NCBI GenBank assembly: GCA_951406725.2
Contig: OX597816.1
Coordinates: forward strand, 160,084,001-160,148,000
DNA: 64,000 nt
Reading direction: 5' to 3'
DNA from: Octopus vulgaris
Lineage: Eukaryota
The position numbers and the translations under genes are program-made. The notes under the pieces were generated by a model. The model did no database searches, was not told where the DNA came from, and saw only the letters and a program-made list of their open reading frames with translations. This document shows positions 52,919-64,000 of this stretch, in pieces; position 1 is the stretch's first letter; every line of letters begins with the position of its first letter.

Positions 52919-55286
52919 GCATGTATGTCACTGTGTCTGTGTTTGTTCCCCATTGCCGCTTCACAACCGGTGTTGGTGTGTTTACGTCTCCGTAACTTAG
53001 TGGTTCGGGAAATGAGGCCGATTGAATAAGTGTCAGGCTTAAGTACTGTGGTTGATTCATTCGACTAAAATTTTTCAAGGCAGTGGCCCAGCATGGCTAC
53101 AGTCTAATGACTGAAACAACAAAAACATAAAAGATATACATACATACATACATACATACATACATACATACATACATACATACATGCATGCATGCATACA
53201 TACATGCAGACATACATATATGCATATATAAATACATACATACATACATACATACATACATACATACATACATACATACATACATACATCCGTACATACA
53301 TGCGTACATATATACATACATGCATACATACATACATGCATACATGCACGCATATGACAGCTTCTTTCAGTTTCCTTCAACCAAATTCTCTCACATACCT
53401 TTGGTCGGTCCGGGACCGGAACTCTAGAAGAAGATACACTCCCAAGGTGCCACACAGCGAGACTGAGCCCAGAACCACGTGGTTACAAAGTGAGCTTCTT
53501 AACCACACAGCCACGCCTGCGCCAAGAGGAATATTTGTCAACGCTCATAATACCTCAGAAGGGAATTTACTACAAATTCTTCCTCTGAAAGCGTAAATAA
53601 ATGATTTATTTCTAGTAAATAATGGCTTGAAACGAGACGAACACCAAAGTGAAACTATGATGGAATGGCTTGTGTCAGAAGACAGAAATATCAGTTTATA
53701 AAATCAAATTGATGACAAATAAAATAAGAGGCGATTTTAACACACATAAATTATGTTCAGTGACTCATTATTCAACGTTCAAGTTCCAATATGATCTCTT
53801 TCTACGTTTTATTTATCCAAAGTTGATAGAATAATGCACTGGTATTGCTGTTTTGCCTCAACAGAACTCTAAGGCTTTGCAGCTGGGCCCAAATGTGACT
53901 ATCTCGTCTTATTTATTATTTTTTTTTTTCTGATGTAATTTATCTTGGATGAGTGGACGACAAGGATAAATTAACGTCGGCGGGTTTAGAAGTCAGAAGT
54001 TAGAAGCGAGTTTAGAAGTCAGTCAACTAACATAGTCCAGTATCTTTAGATAGATGTTCTTTTCTACTCTAGGCAAAAGGCCCGAAAGTTTTGGGAAGGG
54101 GTAATCGATTAGATCGACCTCAGTACGCAACTGGTACTTAATTTATCGACCCCGAAAGGATGAAAGGCAAAGTCGACCTCAGCGGAATTTGAACTCAGAA
54201 CGTAGCGGCAAACGAAATACCTATTTCTTTACTACCCACAAGGGGCTAAACACAGAGAGGACAAACAAGGACAGACAAACGGGTTAAGTCGATTTTATCG
54301 AACTCAGTGCGTAACTGGTACTTATTTAATCAACCCCGAAAGGATGAAAGGCAAAGTCGACCTCGGCGGAATTTGAACTCAGAACGTAGCGGCAGACGAA
54401 ATACTGCTAAGCATTTCGCCCAGCGTGTTAACGTTTCTGCCAGCTCACCGCTTTATCTTTAAATATATTAAAACAATATATTTCTTCATGTATATCCACC
54501 TTTCTTTTTTTCTTTTTTGTACATTACATTCACATTAGGATATTCATGCCGTCAATAATGACAGCGGGTGTTTTACTAATCTTTATGATCATTACAACAT
54601 TTAGGATTGTATATAGGAATACTCGATTTTTCCAGTTGGTGGTATTGTCGAAAAATGTACATGAAAGTTGCTAATGAGACTATGATGATGCAAATAACAA
54701 TGCCAAAATAACAGGTAAATAAGACAAATATGTTTACTACTCTCCAAATACTATAAAAGTTTGGTTACTTTCAGTATGTACAATATGTAGTAGTCAAGGA
54801 ATCACTCGCTATTCTACATTATGTGCATGCGGCGTAATAAATACATTTGCTAAAGGTGAATGCAGGATATCTTTCAGTAGGCTGAATATGAAAGCTATTA
54901 GTGGAATATACATATAAAGCAGAATAACATATATATAAAGTTGAATATATAAAGTAGAATAATTAATAGTAGAAGGAGTGTATATACAAATATATATATA
55001 GCGTATTAAATCTATATTGATGACGCATAATGCATTATGTGTCTGTGTGTATATATATGTATATGTACATACACACACATATGTACATGAACAAAAGTGT
55101 ACAGTAAGATCCATGATGGTAGAGTCTGAAAAATGTAAAGTTCCAAAGATAATCCGGGTGGAGTGATGGTAAGGTGGATAAGGAGAGGTACCAAAAGTCC
55201 GAGAAGGTAGGAGAGGAGAGGGTACAAGAGAGGAGGAAGTTCAGTCAGACAGGATAAAACTGGATTGACCACATGAGCGTATATTT

Positions 55287-55684
55287 TATATGGTTCAAAT
55301 GTACAGAAAACAAAAGATGAGGACAATTGAGAGAACAACAAGTAAGTATATTAGTTTGACGCTCAGGAAGAATGGAAAAGTCTTGGGCGTTCCGAGCCTA
55401 CGCTCTTCGACAAAAAGGGATGAGATGGAAAAAAATGGAGAGAACGAAAAAACAAGAGAGAGAAAAAAATGTGTCCGGATTAACGGTTCAACATGATGAA
55501 ACCGTTAATCCCGACAAATTTTTCTCTCTCTCCATTTTGTTTCTTCTTATCCCTTTCTGTCAAAGAGCGTAGGCTCGAAATGTCAAAAACTTTTCCATTC
55601 TTCTTGAGCGTCAAACTAATACACCTGCTTGTTGTTCCCTCACTTGTCCTTGTCTTTTGCTTTCTGTACATTTGAACCATATAA
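55287..55684. repeat. Fold-back inverted repeat (~400 bp) with minimal hammerhead-like cores
   Basis: Arms centred near 55493; single arms at ~3290-3450 (-), ~44575-44725 (+) and ~63265-63450 (+). Confidence 0.88.
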
Positions 55685-55814
55685 ATACAGGGTTATTCAA
55701 AATGAGCCGATTTCATTAAGCAATATTTTAATGAGGAAAAGCAATAGAAAACTCCAGCTAAGTCACAATCAACTTTCATTTTCTGTTTTACAAGTGTTCA
55801 ATGTGGCCACCATC

Positions 55815-55878
<64 letters not shown>

Positions 55879-56482
55879 TGCATATATACGTACACATACA
55901 TACATACACACACATATATATATATATGTGTGTGTGTATGTATATGTATGAGCGTATGCATGTATAGTGATTAGATTTGTTAATGAGAAAATGAAAAAAT
56001 TAAGCACATTTCTTCACAGGCATTCACGTATTCCTTAACATGCATTGACACATTCTTTCACAAATATCCACATATTCCCTTACATATATATTCACACGTT
56101 CCTTACATGGTGTAAACTTTCAAACATTGTCTCAATTTTTCCAAACCTTGCTGCATTTCATATGGAAATTTTGTTCCTCCAAAATCATGTTGGGATATAA
56201 GTCGACCTATCTTTTTTGGTTGTAAATTTTGGTCTGAAAAATTCAATTTCTATGCCGGAATGTACAGTACAACATCGATATTTTCTAACAGTAAAATAAT
56301 AATGGACAAAATGAGTCACATTAATCTACAATGACCCAAAGGGTTAAGTATTGGCCTATAACTTCGGAAATAGCGATGTAATTTATTATAATATAACGTT
56401 TTCTATGAATATACCAACCGTTTCTTTGTAGAAAACATTCATGTTACAGAATATATATATATATATACATATACATACATAC

Positions 56483-56555
<73 letters not shown>

Positions 56556-57367
56556 CCTTCATCAAAACTGTCGTAGCCAATTAGTTTTCTGTATATAAAA
56601 CACAACTAAATTGAAGACAACTTTCTTTTGATAAATTTATCATAAGAATGCTATCTTTGATAAAGAATTAAGAAAACAAACAAACAAACAATTCTTTGAT
56701 AAAGAATTCTGTATCTTAGATATTGTGTCGTGTTTTGCTTGGATGATGATTGATAACACCTGTCAGTTGTATTGTCTTCTCCACAGCCCTTTGTCTTTCT
56801 TTCACTGTCTCTCTTTATTTTTTATGTTACTCGACAAGGTGTATGAGTTGTGAAATAAAGGCCCAGAGGGGCAAACCAGTTATTAATTCAAGAATATGGA
56901 GCGAGCAAATTCAAAGACCCAATCTGTTGATATGTCGTTCTAATGTCAAAGGGCGGTTGATGATAGAAACGGCAGATAAAATACCCAACAACATTATTTT
57001 CCTTTCTGAGTTATTTGATCTTGGAGGTAGTGGGTTCTGCCCATGGTCTTTGCATAAGTTACATCTGTTTACCTCCTGAATTCAAATCCCACCCACATTT
57101 ACTTTTATCTTCCAGTCGTCAATTAACTCTTGAAAATATTCTTATTCAAAAGCCCAGTCCTGTGATATTTCCATTATAGAACAAAAATGGACGCTAGAAG
57201 AAGAAATAGATCAGAGTTTTCTCCTTTACATTAGAGAGCTGCTCATTTCCTTACAAATGAAGTAAACGAGGTTAGTATGAGTCTTGTGATATCGTGTGTT
57301 TCAAGGCTGGTTAACCGATACAGTCCTGTGATGTTCTGTGCCATACAGAAAGTTAAGAATTAGAAGG

Positions 57368-57780
57368 CCGCGAGCTGGCAGAGACGTTAGCACGCCGGGC
57401 GAAATGCTTAGCAGTATTTCGTCTGCTGCTACGTTCTGAGTTCAAATTCCGCCGAGGTCGACTTTGCCTTTCATCCTTTCGGGGTCGATAAATTAAGTAC
57501 CATTTACGCACTGGGGTCGATATAATCGACTTAATCCGTTTGTCTGTCCTTGTTTGTCCTCTCTGTGTTTAGCCCCTTGTGGGTAGTAAAGAAATGGGTA
57601 TTTCGTCTGCTGCTACGTTCTGAGTTCAAATTCCGCCGAGGTCTACTTTGCCTTTCATCCTTTCGGTGTCGATTAAATAAGTATCAGTTCCGCACTGGGG
57701 TCGATATAATCGACTTAATCCGTTTGTCTATCCTTGTTTGTCCTCTCTGTGTGTAGCCCCTTGTGGGCAGTAAAGAAACA
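57368..57780 (+). mobile_element. tRNA-derived SINE family A (representative copy, tandem body); many further copies, e.g. 4281-4492, 19228-19638, 27048-27278, 38974-39196, 48842-49240, 51721-52198, 54057-54452
   Basis: Head GCGAGCTGGCAGA..GTTAGCA (A box) and GAGTTCAAATTC (B box); core GCCTTTCATCCTTTCGGGGTCGATAAA..AGTACC (Nin/Deu-like). Confidence 0.9.
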
Positions 57781-59937
57781 AGAAAGTTAAGAGTTAAATT
57801 GTAGTCAAATATTCGACCAGGTTTTAAACTACTAAACTCTAACCCTATTTGTTTGACATTGTCAATGTCGAAAATCAGTTATATTTTTACGAATGTCAAG
57901 TCGTTAGAATTCGAAGACTTCGTAAGTAATCAATAATATATCTGTAACTATGAATCTTGACCCCTTAACTCTCTCTCATTCATCCTCCCAGCCTGTAAAC
58001 TGCTACAATAGATTAGACAATTCTCCTTATCATTATCGTCACCCAATCTTACACCTATTCCTCTGTGGGTGTTTGGTAGGTAAGTACGAGTGTCAACCTT
58101 GTAAATATGTCCAATATATAACAGCAACAACAACAACGGGTATGTAGTGAGTATAAGGGGTAACTGACAATTTCAGACACTCCACCTACATATGTATAAA
58201 TAATATATCCCATTTTTAGTGGTGTATAAGAAACACATTATTTTTTAATTTTCAAATGCATCAAAAAATTGCTCTACGTCTACTGAGGCCGCGTAATAGA
58301 TGGGAAAGTGAATACCGTAGGGTAAGGAGCCAGATGAGCATAAGTCTACAAGGTACTTTTTCCAAACGAGCATTCAAAGAACTACTATGTCCACGATGGG
58401 AAAATTCGTCGAACCCATTGAAGATGTGCTTTGAGGTAACATTAGCGATTTGGTTGGTGTCAATCAGTATATCGTCAAAAATGGTACGATGACTACATTT
58501 AAGGATGCTCGTAATAAGATAGTTATGGAGTTCTTAGTAAGTCCAGAGTTTTTCGTGTTGCAGTTGAAGTTGAGCACGCTTCTGATTTTGTGACCGGAAG
58601 CTACGTGTCTTTAGAGCCACGTTAATAGGCATCTCTCAGCTCTCTTATGCAATGCCATGATCTTTTATTTTGCACATATTTACTTACAAAAATGCACAAC
58701 AAATTGTATATATAATATATTTTTACACGGCGTTATTAAAAAACACCATCACTGAAGATATTTCTCAAATATCTAATACTCATCATCGATTCGACGGAGG
58801 ACCAATTTTGTAGGCCTTTTGCAGAACCGCTAAGTTACGGAGACGTAAACACACCAGCGCATCGGTTGTCAAACGATGATGTGGGGGACAAACACAGACA
58901 CACAAACATATACATGTGTGTTTACGTCTCCATAAGTTAGCGGTTCGGCAAAAGAGACGGATATGATAAGTATTATGCTTACAAAGAATAAGTCCTGGGG
59001 TCCATTTGTTCGACTAAAGGCGCTGCTCCAGCATGGCCGCAGTCAAATAACTGAAACAAATAAAAGAATTCCTAATAATATTTTCTAATCCCTAAACGGC
59101 TATGTGTGTCCAGTAGAGAAAATTAGGGGTCAAAGGGTCCATGGGCAAAAATGGGATTTGGTTTGAGCCAGATTCGAACCATCTCACTTGGATTTCCAGC
59201 AATGAGCCACACCCTACTCATGCAGCAGTAAAAAGCTATCCGCTTGAGAGAGCAGAATACCTCCGTAGATGTTTACCCGCCAACCATCATTGACGGACGT
59301 CAAAGGAGGGATATGTAAGCTTTCTGCCAGTTTGCGGTTCGAAGATTCTGGAAGGTTTTGCCCAAGGTTATATAAACTGGTGATTTGGACCCTCGCTTTG
59401 TCACTATATTTCGTGAGATGTGTTCTTACCTCCATCTACTTGTCCTTATGCAACACTCTGGAAATACATGTTCAACAACGGTTAATGCTCGTATTTTCAC
59501 GTCGAGATCAATCCATCAGTTTATTCATCTGCTCTATTTTCTCTGATTTATATAATACTGCAAGTCACATGCAGTATAACAAATTTAAGGAGATCATTGC
59601 CTACATCTTCCATGTTGTAAATCTCCAAGGACTACTCACAGACTCAAAGAAATGTATTTCGACGTTATATAAACAGACCTTAGTACATATGCAAAAGATA
59701 TATATAGTGAAATATAATAATGAATGAAAATATGTATTTATTTGTCTGGTTATTCTTGTCCGTGAATGAAGCTTCACGTCCAATTGTTTATTATAACTAC
59801 ATAATTATCTCCCATAATTTGCTATGTACGTACGTACGTATGTATGTATGTATGTATGTATGTATGTATGTATGTATGTATGTATGTATGTATGTATGTA
59901 TGTATGTATGTATGTCATTATTCAGTTTTATTTCAAG

Positions 59938-60242
59938 ACTAGCAGTATCGCCCGGCGTTGCTCGGGTTTGCAAGGGAAATAATTATATAAGCATTTATAG
60001 AGAGTTACTTCCCTTATATAAACCGAGCGAAAATGCATTAAAAATGCGGAAAAATTATGGTAATTTTTTTTTTAAATCGTAGACTCATCGTAGACGCGCA
60101 CTAATACCCAGAAGGGCTCGATATGAATCACGACTATAAGATACCCGCGTTTGGTTTAACTGCACCGCAAAATGTGGGAGTAGTTAGGAATCTAAATCGT
60201 AGGAGACAGACAGCACACAACCTCACTTTTATATATAAAGAT
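59938..60242. mobile_element. Short HINE-like element
   Basis: ACTAGCAGTATCGCCCGGCGTTGCTCGGG ... ACAGACAGCACACAACCTCACTTTTATATATAAAGAT; no TSD seen. Confidence 0.6.
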
Positions 60243-61034
60243 TTCTTGCCAATAGAGAAAGAGCTGGTTTCTAACTTAGATCCAAGTTTCCTTCATTGGA
60301 ATTTCAACATTAACAACAGGGTATTTTTGTATGTATGTATGTATGTATGTATGTATGTATGTATGTATGTATGTATGAAGGCAGCACCTGTGAAGGGATT
60401 ACCTGATATGTATGTATGAATGTATACGTGCAGATTCGCACAGATTTTTACAGCTCCAGTGATGGATTGGATCTGAAGTCTTTGAACCAGCTATCTCATT
60501 TCCAATTTATCAAGATTGGTATTTAGACAGTGAGTTACATATCTCAATGCTCCCCAAATTACATATTTGTATGTATGTATGTATGTATGTATGTATGTAT
60601 GTATGTATGTATGTATGTATGTATGTATGTATGTATGTATGTATGTATGTACAGACAAACTGCTTTCTATATAAGATACTGAAAACCTTCACTCCAATGT
60701 AATAAGTACGTGGGTTTGTGTGTTTCTATTTGCGAATGATATTTAACATTTAACAACCAGCCTGCTGTTAGCTTGTTTATGATTCACATTTAGCATAAGA
60801 GTGAAAACTGGTGTTGTTGTTTAGTTCTAGGTCAGTCTTGACTGTACACGCATGTATGATCAAAGGTTTTCTACCCAACCGACTCACATGTTGTTTTGGA
60901 AACAGGACGGTTTGATTCGAGGAATATACGGTGCTACTCCTAGCTGATCAGCGACCACATAAACGGTCCCACGTTACACTAAAGGCTGGTTCACCCTTCA
61001 CACATACACACTCACTCACACACACATACTTATA

Positions 61035-61202
61035 GGTGCCACTTTAGCGTTCGATCGAACCGACCATTTACACTTTAGCGTGCAGTTTAACCCTAAAGCC
61101 TAAACTTAAGACCTAAACCTTAATCCTAATCCTAATCCAGATCAGGTCATTTCACAGCGTAGACCATATATACTGCAGTAGATCGCACCCTAAAGAAGCG
61201 CC
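61035..61202. mobile_element. Small MITE-like element with degenerate CCTAA repeats
   Basis: Imperfect TIRs GGTGCCACTTTAGCGTTCGATC / GATCGCACCCTAAAGAAGCGCC. Confidence 0.5.
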
Positions 61203-61251
61203 TGTATATATATATATTTATACACACACACACAAAGATAGATATGACTGG

Positions 61252-61322
61252 TTTATGGGGTTACCCGGGGTTTCACGTCCATAGAGCGCTTAGCTTTACA
61301 GCGTTTCTTCAGACCCTAAGCC
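61252..61322 (-). ncRNA. Type I hammerhead ribozyme (intact core)
   Basis: GGGT-CTGAAGA-A-[ACGCTGTAAAGC taagc GCTCTATGGACGT]-GAAA-CCCCGG-GTA/ACCC; GUA cleavage triplet. Confidence 0.82.
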
Positions 61323-61362
61323 TCACCAGATAAACCATTTGCTAAAGGGGCCATAGGCCAAC

Positions 61363-61436
61363 GGGTTTAGGGTCTGAAGAAGCGCTGTTATGCTAAGTGC
61401 TTTATAGTCGTGAAACCCCGGGTAATCTCATAAACC
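61363..61436 (+). ncRNA. Type I hammerhead ribozyme (second arm)
   Basis: CTGAAGA 61374-61380, GAAAC 61412-61416, GTA 61422-61424; stem I GGTTTA-GGGT / ATCT-CA-TAAACC. Confidence 0.75.
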
Positions 61437-61585
61437 GGGCATATCTATCTTTATCTATATACTCTACTGCTCTATAACTTAGAGTCTGCTTCTCTTTCGG
61501 ATTTATGAGTTACTGAAGATGTATATATGTATGTATATATACATATATATATATATAAGGAATCAACGATTATCGTATGAACTTC

Positions 61586-61672
61586 CTAGCTTACAGCTGT
61601 TTCTGCTATAGGATGCAGTGGACTCATTGCTGAGTGTTTGAGTAAAGCCTTATAGCTTCATCGGAGCCTTAG
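61586..61672 (-). ncRNA. Hammerhead-like motif with a U4C core variant
   Basis: GGCT-CCGATGA-A-[GCTATAAGG...CCTATAGC]-A-GAAAC-AGCT-GTA-AGCT; palindromic stem III. Confidence 0.62.
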
Positions 61673-62358
61673 ATATGAAGTATAATTTATTTGAATTACA
61701 TTTAAGCACATATACACGAAAAAGCATTACCAATAAATATATATGAGGGACTTCTTTCAGTTTCCATCTACCAAATCTACTCGCAAGGCTTTGGTCAACC
61801 CATAGCTATAGTAGAGGACACTTGGCCAAAGTGTCACGTAGTGGGATTGAACCCGGAACCAATTGGTTGGGAAGCAAGCTTCTTACTGCATAGCCGTGCC
61901 TGCACCTATTTCTCTCTCTTTCTCGATCTATCTATAGAGGTGGATCTCGGTCGTTGAATGACGAAGATTCAGTTGTTAGATCAACTGAGTTACCGACTCC
62001 TGAATTAATGTGTAAGTGGCTGAGATAACCGCAGACATGTATACCTGCCTGTTCGCAGGCAGAATCAGCACAGCAAGGTGTGTAACGAGGCTGTGTCATT
62101 TAAATTACGGGTACAATCTAACCGACAGTCTCCTATGCATTTCCCGTCCACCCAGTTTCACTGACAAGGAATGGGACAACCAACATCTATAGATAATGAC
62201 ATTTGCGCAAGATACCAGACAACGGGGTTCGAACCTGGAACCTAGAGGGTGCGGAGCGAATTTCTTAACCGTTTCGCCATACTGAGCTTTCTTTCACACA
62301 CACGCGCGCGCGCGCACATACACGCACACACACACACATACACACACACACACACACG

Positions 62359-62414
<56 letters not shown>

Positions 62415-62755
62415 CATTCACATAAACACACGCACGTAGTTTATTACAGTGTTGAGATTACTTTGTTGCTACTCAAAGTTCCGCGTTCCATGACGCTTCG
62501 CTAAGTATGCGAGAAAAAGCTCTCTCTGTTTCTGTCTTTCCCCTCTCTCTCTTTTACTCTATCTGCCATTAATTAGCAAAGCCTCAGATAACTAACCTCT
62601 GTACAAGAACAATAATAAATTCGATGCGCGAGTGCATGTGTGTGTATGACTAAGTATAAGATTAGGGGAACTATATTCGGTTCACTACCAAGAGGATCCA
62701 GGTTCGAGTATCGTTAGGGTCAAGCGAAATCATAATTATATATATGTATATACAT

Positions 62756-62800
<45 letters not shown>

Positions 62801-62981
62801 CATAGGCGTGGCCATGTAGCTTGCTTCCAAACCATATGGTCCCGGGTTCAGTCCCAATGCGTGACACCTTGGGCAAGTGTCTTCTATTATAGCCTCGGTC
62901 CGACCAAAACCTTGTGAGTAGATCTGGTAACCTGTTCCACGTCCTCGTGTTGTTGTGTTTTCTCTTTGTTCATGTTTGAAT

Positions 62982-63031
<50 letters not shown>

Positions 63032-63320
63032 CGTGTGTGTTTGTGTGTCTCTGTTTGCCTTCCCACTATCGCTTGACAACTGTTGTTGGTGGGTTTACGT
63101 CCGCGTAACCTAGCGGTTCGGCTTAAGAGAGCAATAGAATAAGTACTAGGCTTACAAAGAATATGACCTGGAGTAGATTTGTTTGACTAAAGGCGGTGCT
63201 CCAGCATGGCCGCAGTCAAATGACTGAAACAAGTAAAAGATAAAAGAATGTAGCTACATGTACATTGTTGGCGATTTTTTCCCTCCGTCTTTCTTTTCTT
63301 TTGGACTCTCCGCTGCCTCC

Positions 63321-63357
63321 TGTTTCTGAAGAAGAGTTTTGCTCGAAACATAAAACT
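63321..63357 (+). ncRNA. Minimal hammerhead motif
   Basis: GTTT-CTGAAGA-A-GAG ttttg CTC-GAAAC-ATA-AAAC. Confidence 0.55.
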
Positions 63358-63461
63358 AACTTTCTTTCCTTTCCTGAGCGTCTGTTAGTACTTTGCGTGT
63401 ACCACGTCCTCACGTTGTTGTTTTTTCTTATCTTTTTCCTTTGTATTTTTGGGGGTGGGGG

Positions 63462-63528
<67 letters not shown>

Positions 63529-63794
63529 CGAAATACAAGACAAGAAAAACAACGAACAACTGATGAAAGGTCGTTCTTTATGTTGCTTGTTTTGTTTTCC
63601 ATTTGTGTCTTTCGTTGTTGGAAAGAATAGTTCATGTTCCATGTACTCGTGCTTCGTACTTTTTTGTTGTACACATTTCGGGACGTCCTGTGCTTACATT
63701 GATATATACATATATATACGCATAAGCATAGATATATACGTATAGATGTTGTTATACATACATACATACATACATACATACATACATACATACA

Positions 63795-63828
<34 letters not shown>

Positions 63829-64000
63829 CATACATACATACATACAAGCATATGTAATGATAATAATGGGTGGATGTAAACACATGAACAAAATAAGAAT
63901 AAACAAAAACAACAAAAACAAAAAATAAAATACAAAATACAAATTACATGAACATATAAAATTACAAATTACATGAACATATATAAACAGAAGATACAAA

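Noticed and set aside
59214-59727. 152-aa plus-strand ORF
   Set aside because: No recognisable domain; the opposite strand has a weak transposase-HTH-like stretch (ARVQITSLYNLG..SNRKLAESLHIP), too degraded to call

Overview
AT-rich, microsatellite-dense eukaryotic DNA. The SINE families and repeat landscape point to an octopus (coleoid cephalopod) genome; that is an inference. No host protein-coding gene can be supported, and most listed ORFs are translated microsatellites or SINEs. The main functional content is a 26.5-kb cluster (7064-33637) of 14 tRNA-Lys(CTT) loci: 11 identical 73-nt genes, 2 point variants and 1 D-arm deletion pseudogene, plus one apparent empty site. The cluster grew by inverted and direct segmental duplications, and its copies share an upstream motif. 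The rest is transposon-derived: Merlin/IS1595-type elements with 8-bp TSDs, two types of ~275-bp solo LTR, Penelope-like (GIY-YIG) remnants, R4/Dong-clade RLE retrotransposons inserted at (TAA)n, an internally deleted mariner, HINE-like elements, a 5S rRNA pseudogene and many SINEs. The most unusual signal is a set of hammerhead-ribozyme motifs. One is a fold-back element at 61236-61450 carrying a complete type I hammerhead on each strand, and two more palindromes show the same architecture with degenerate cores. All alignments and folds were done by eye.
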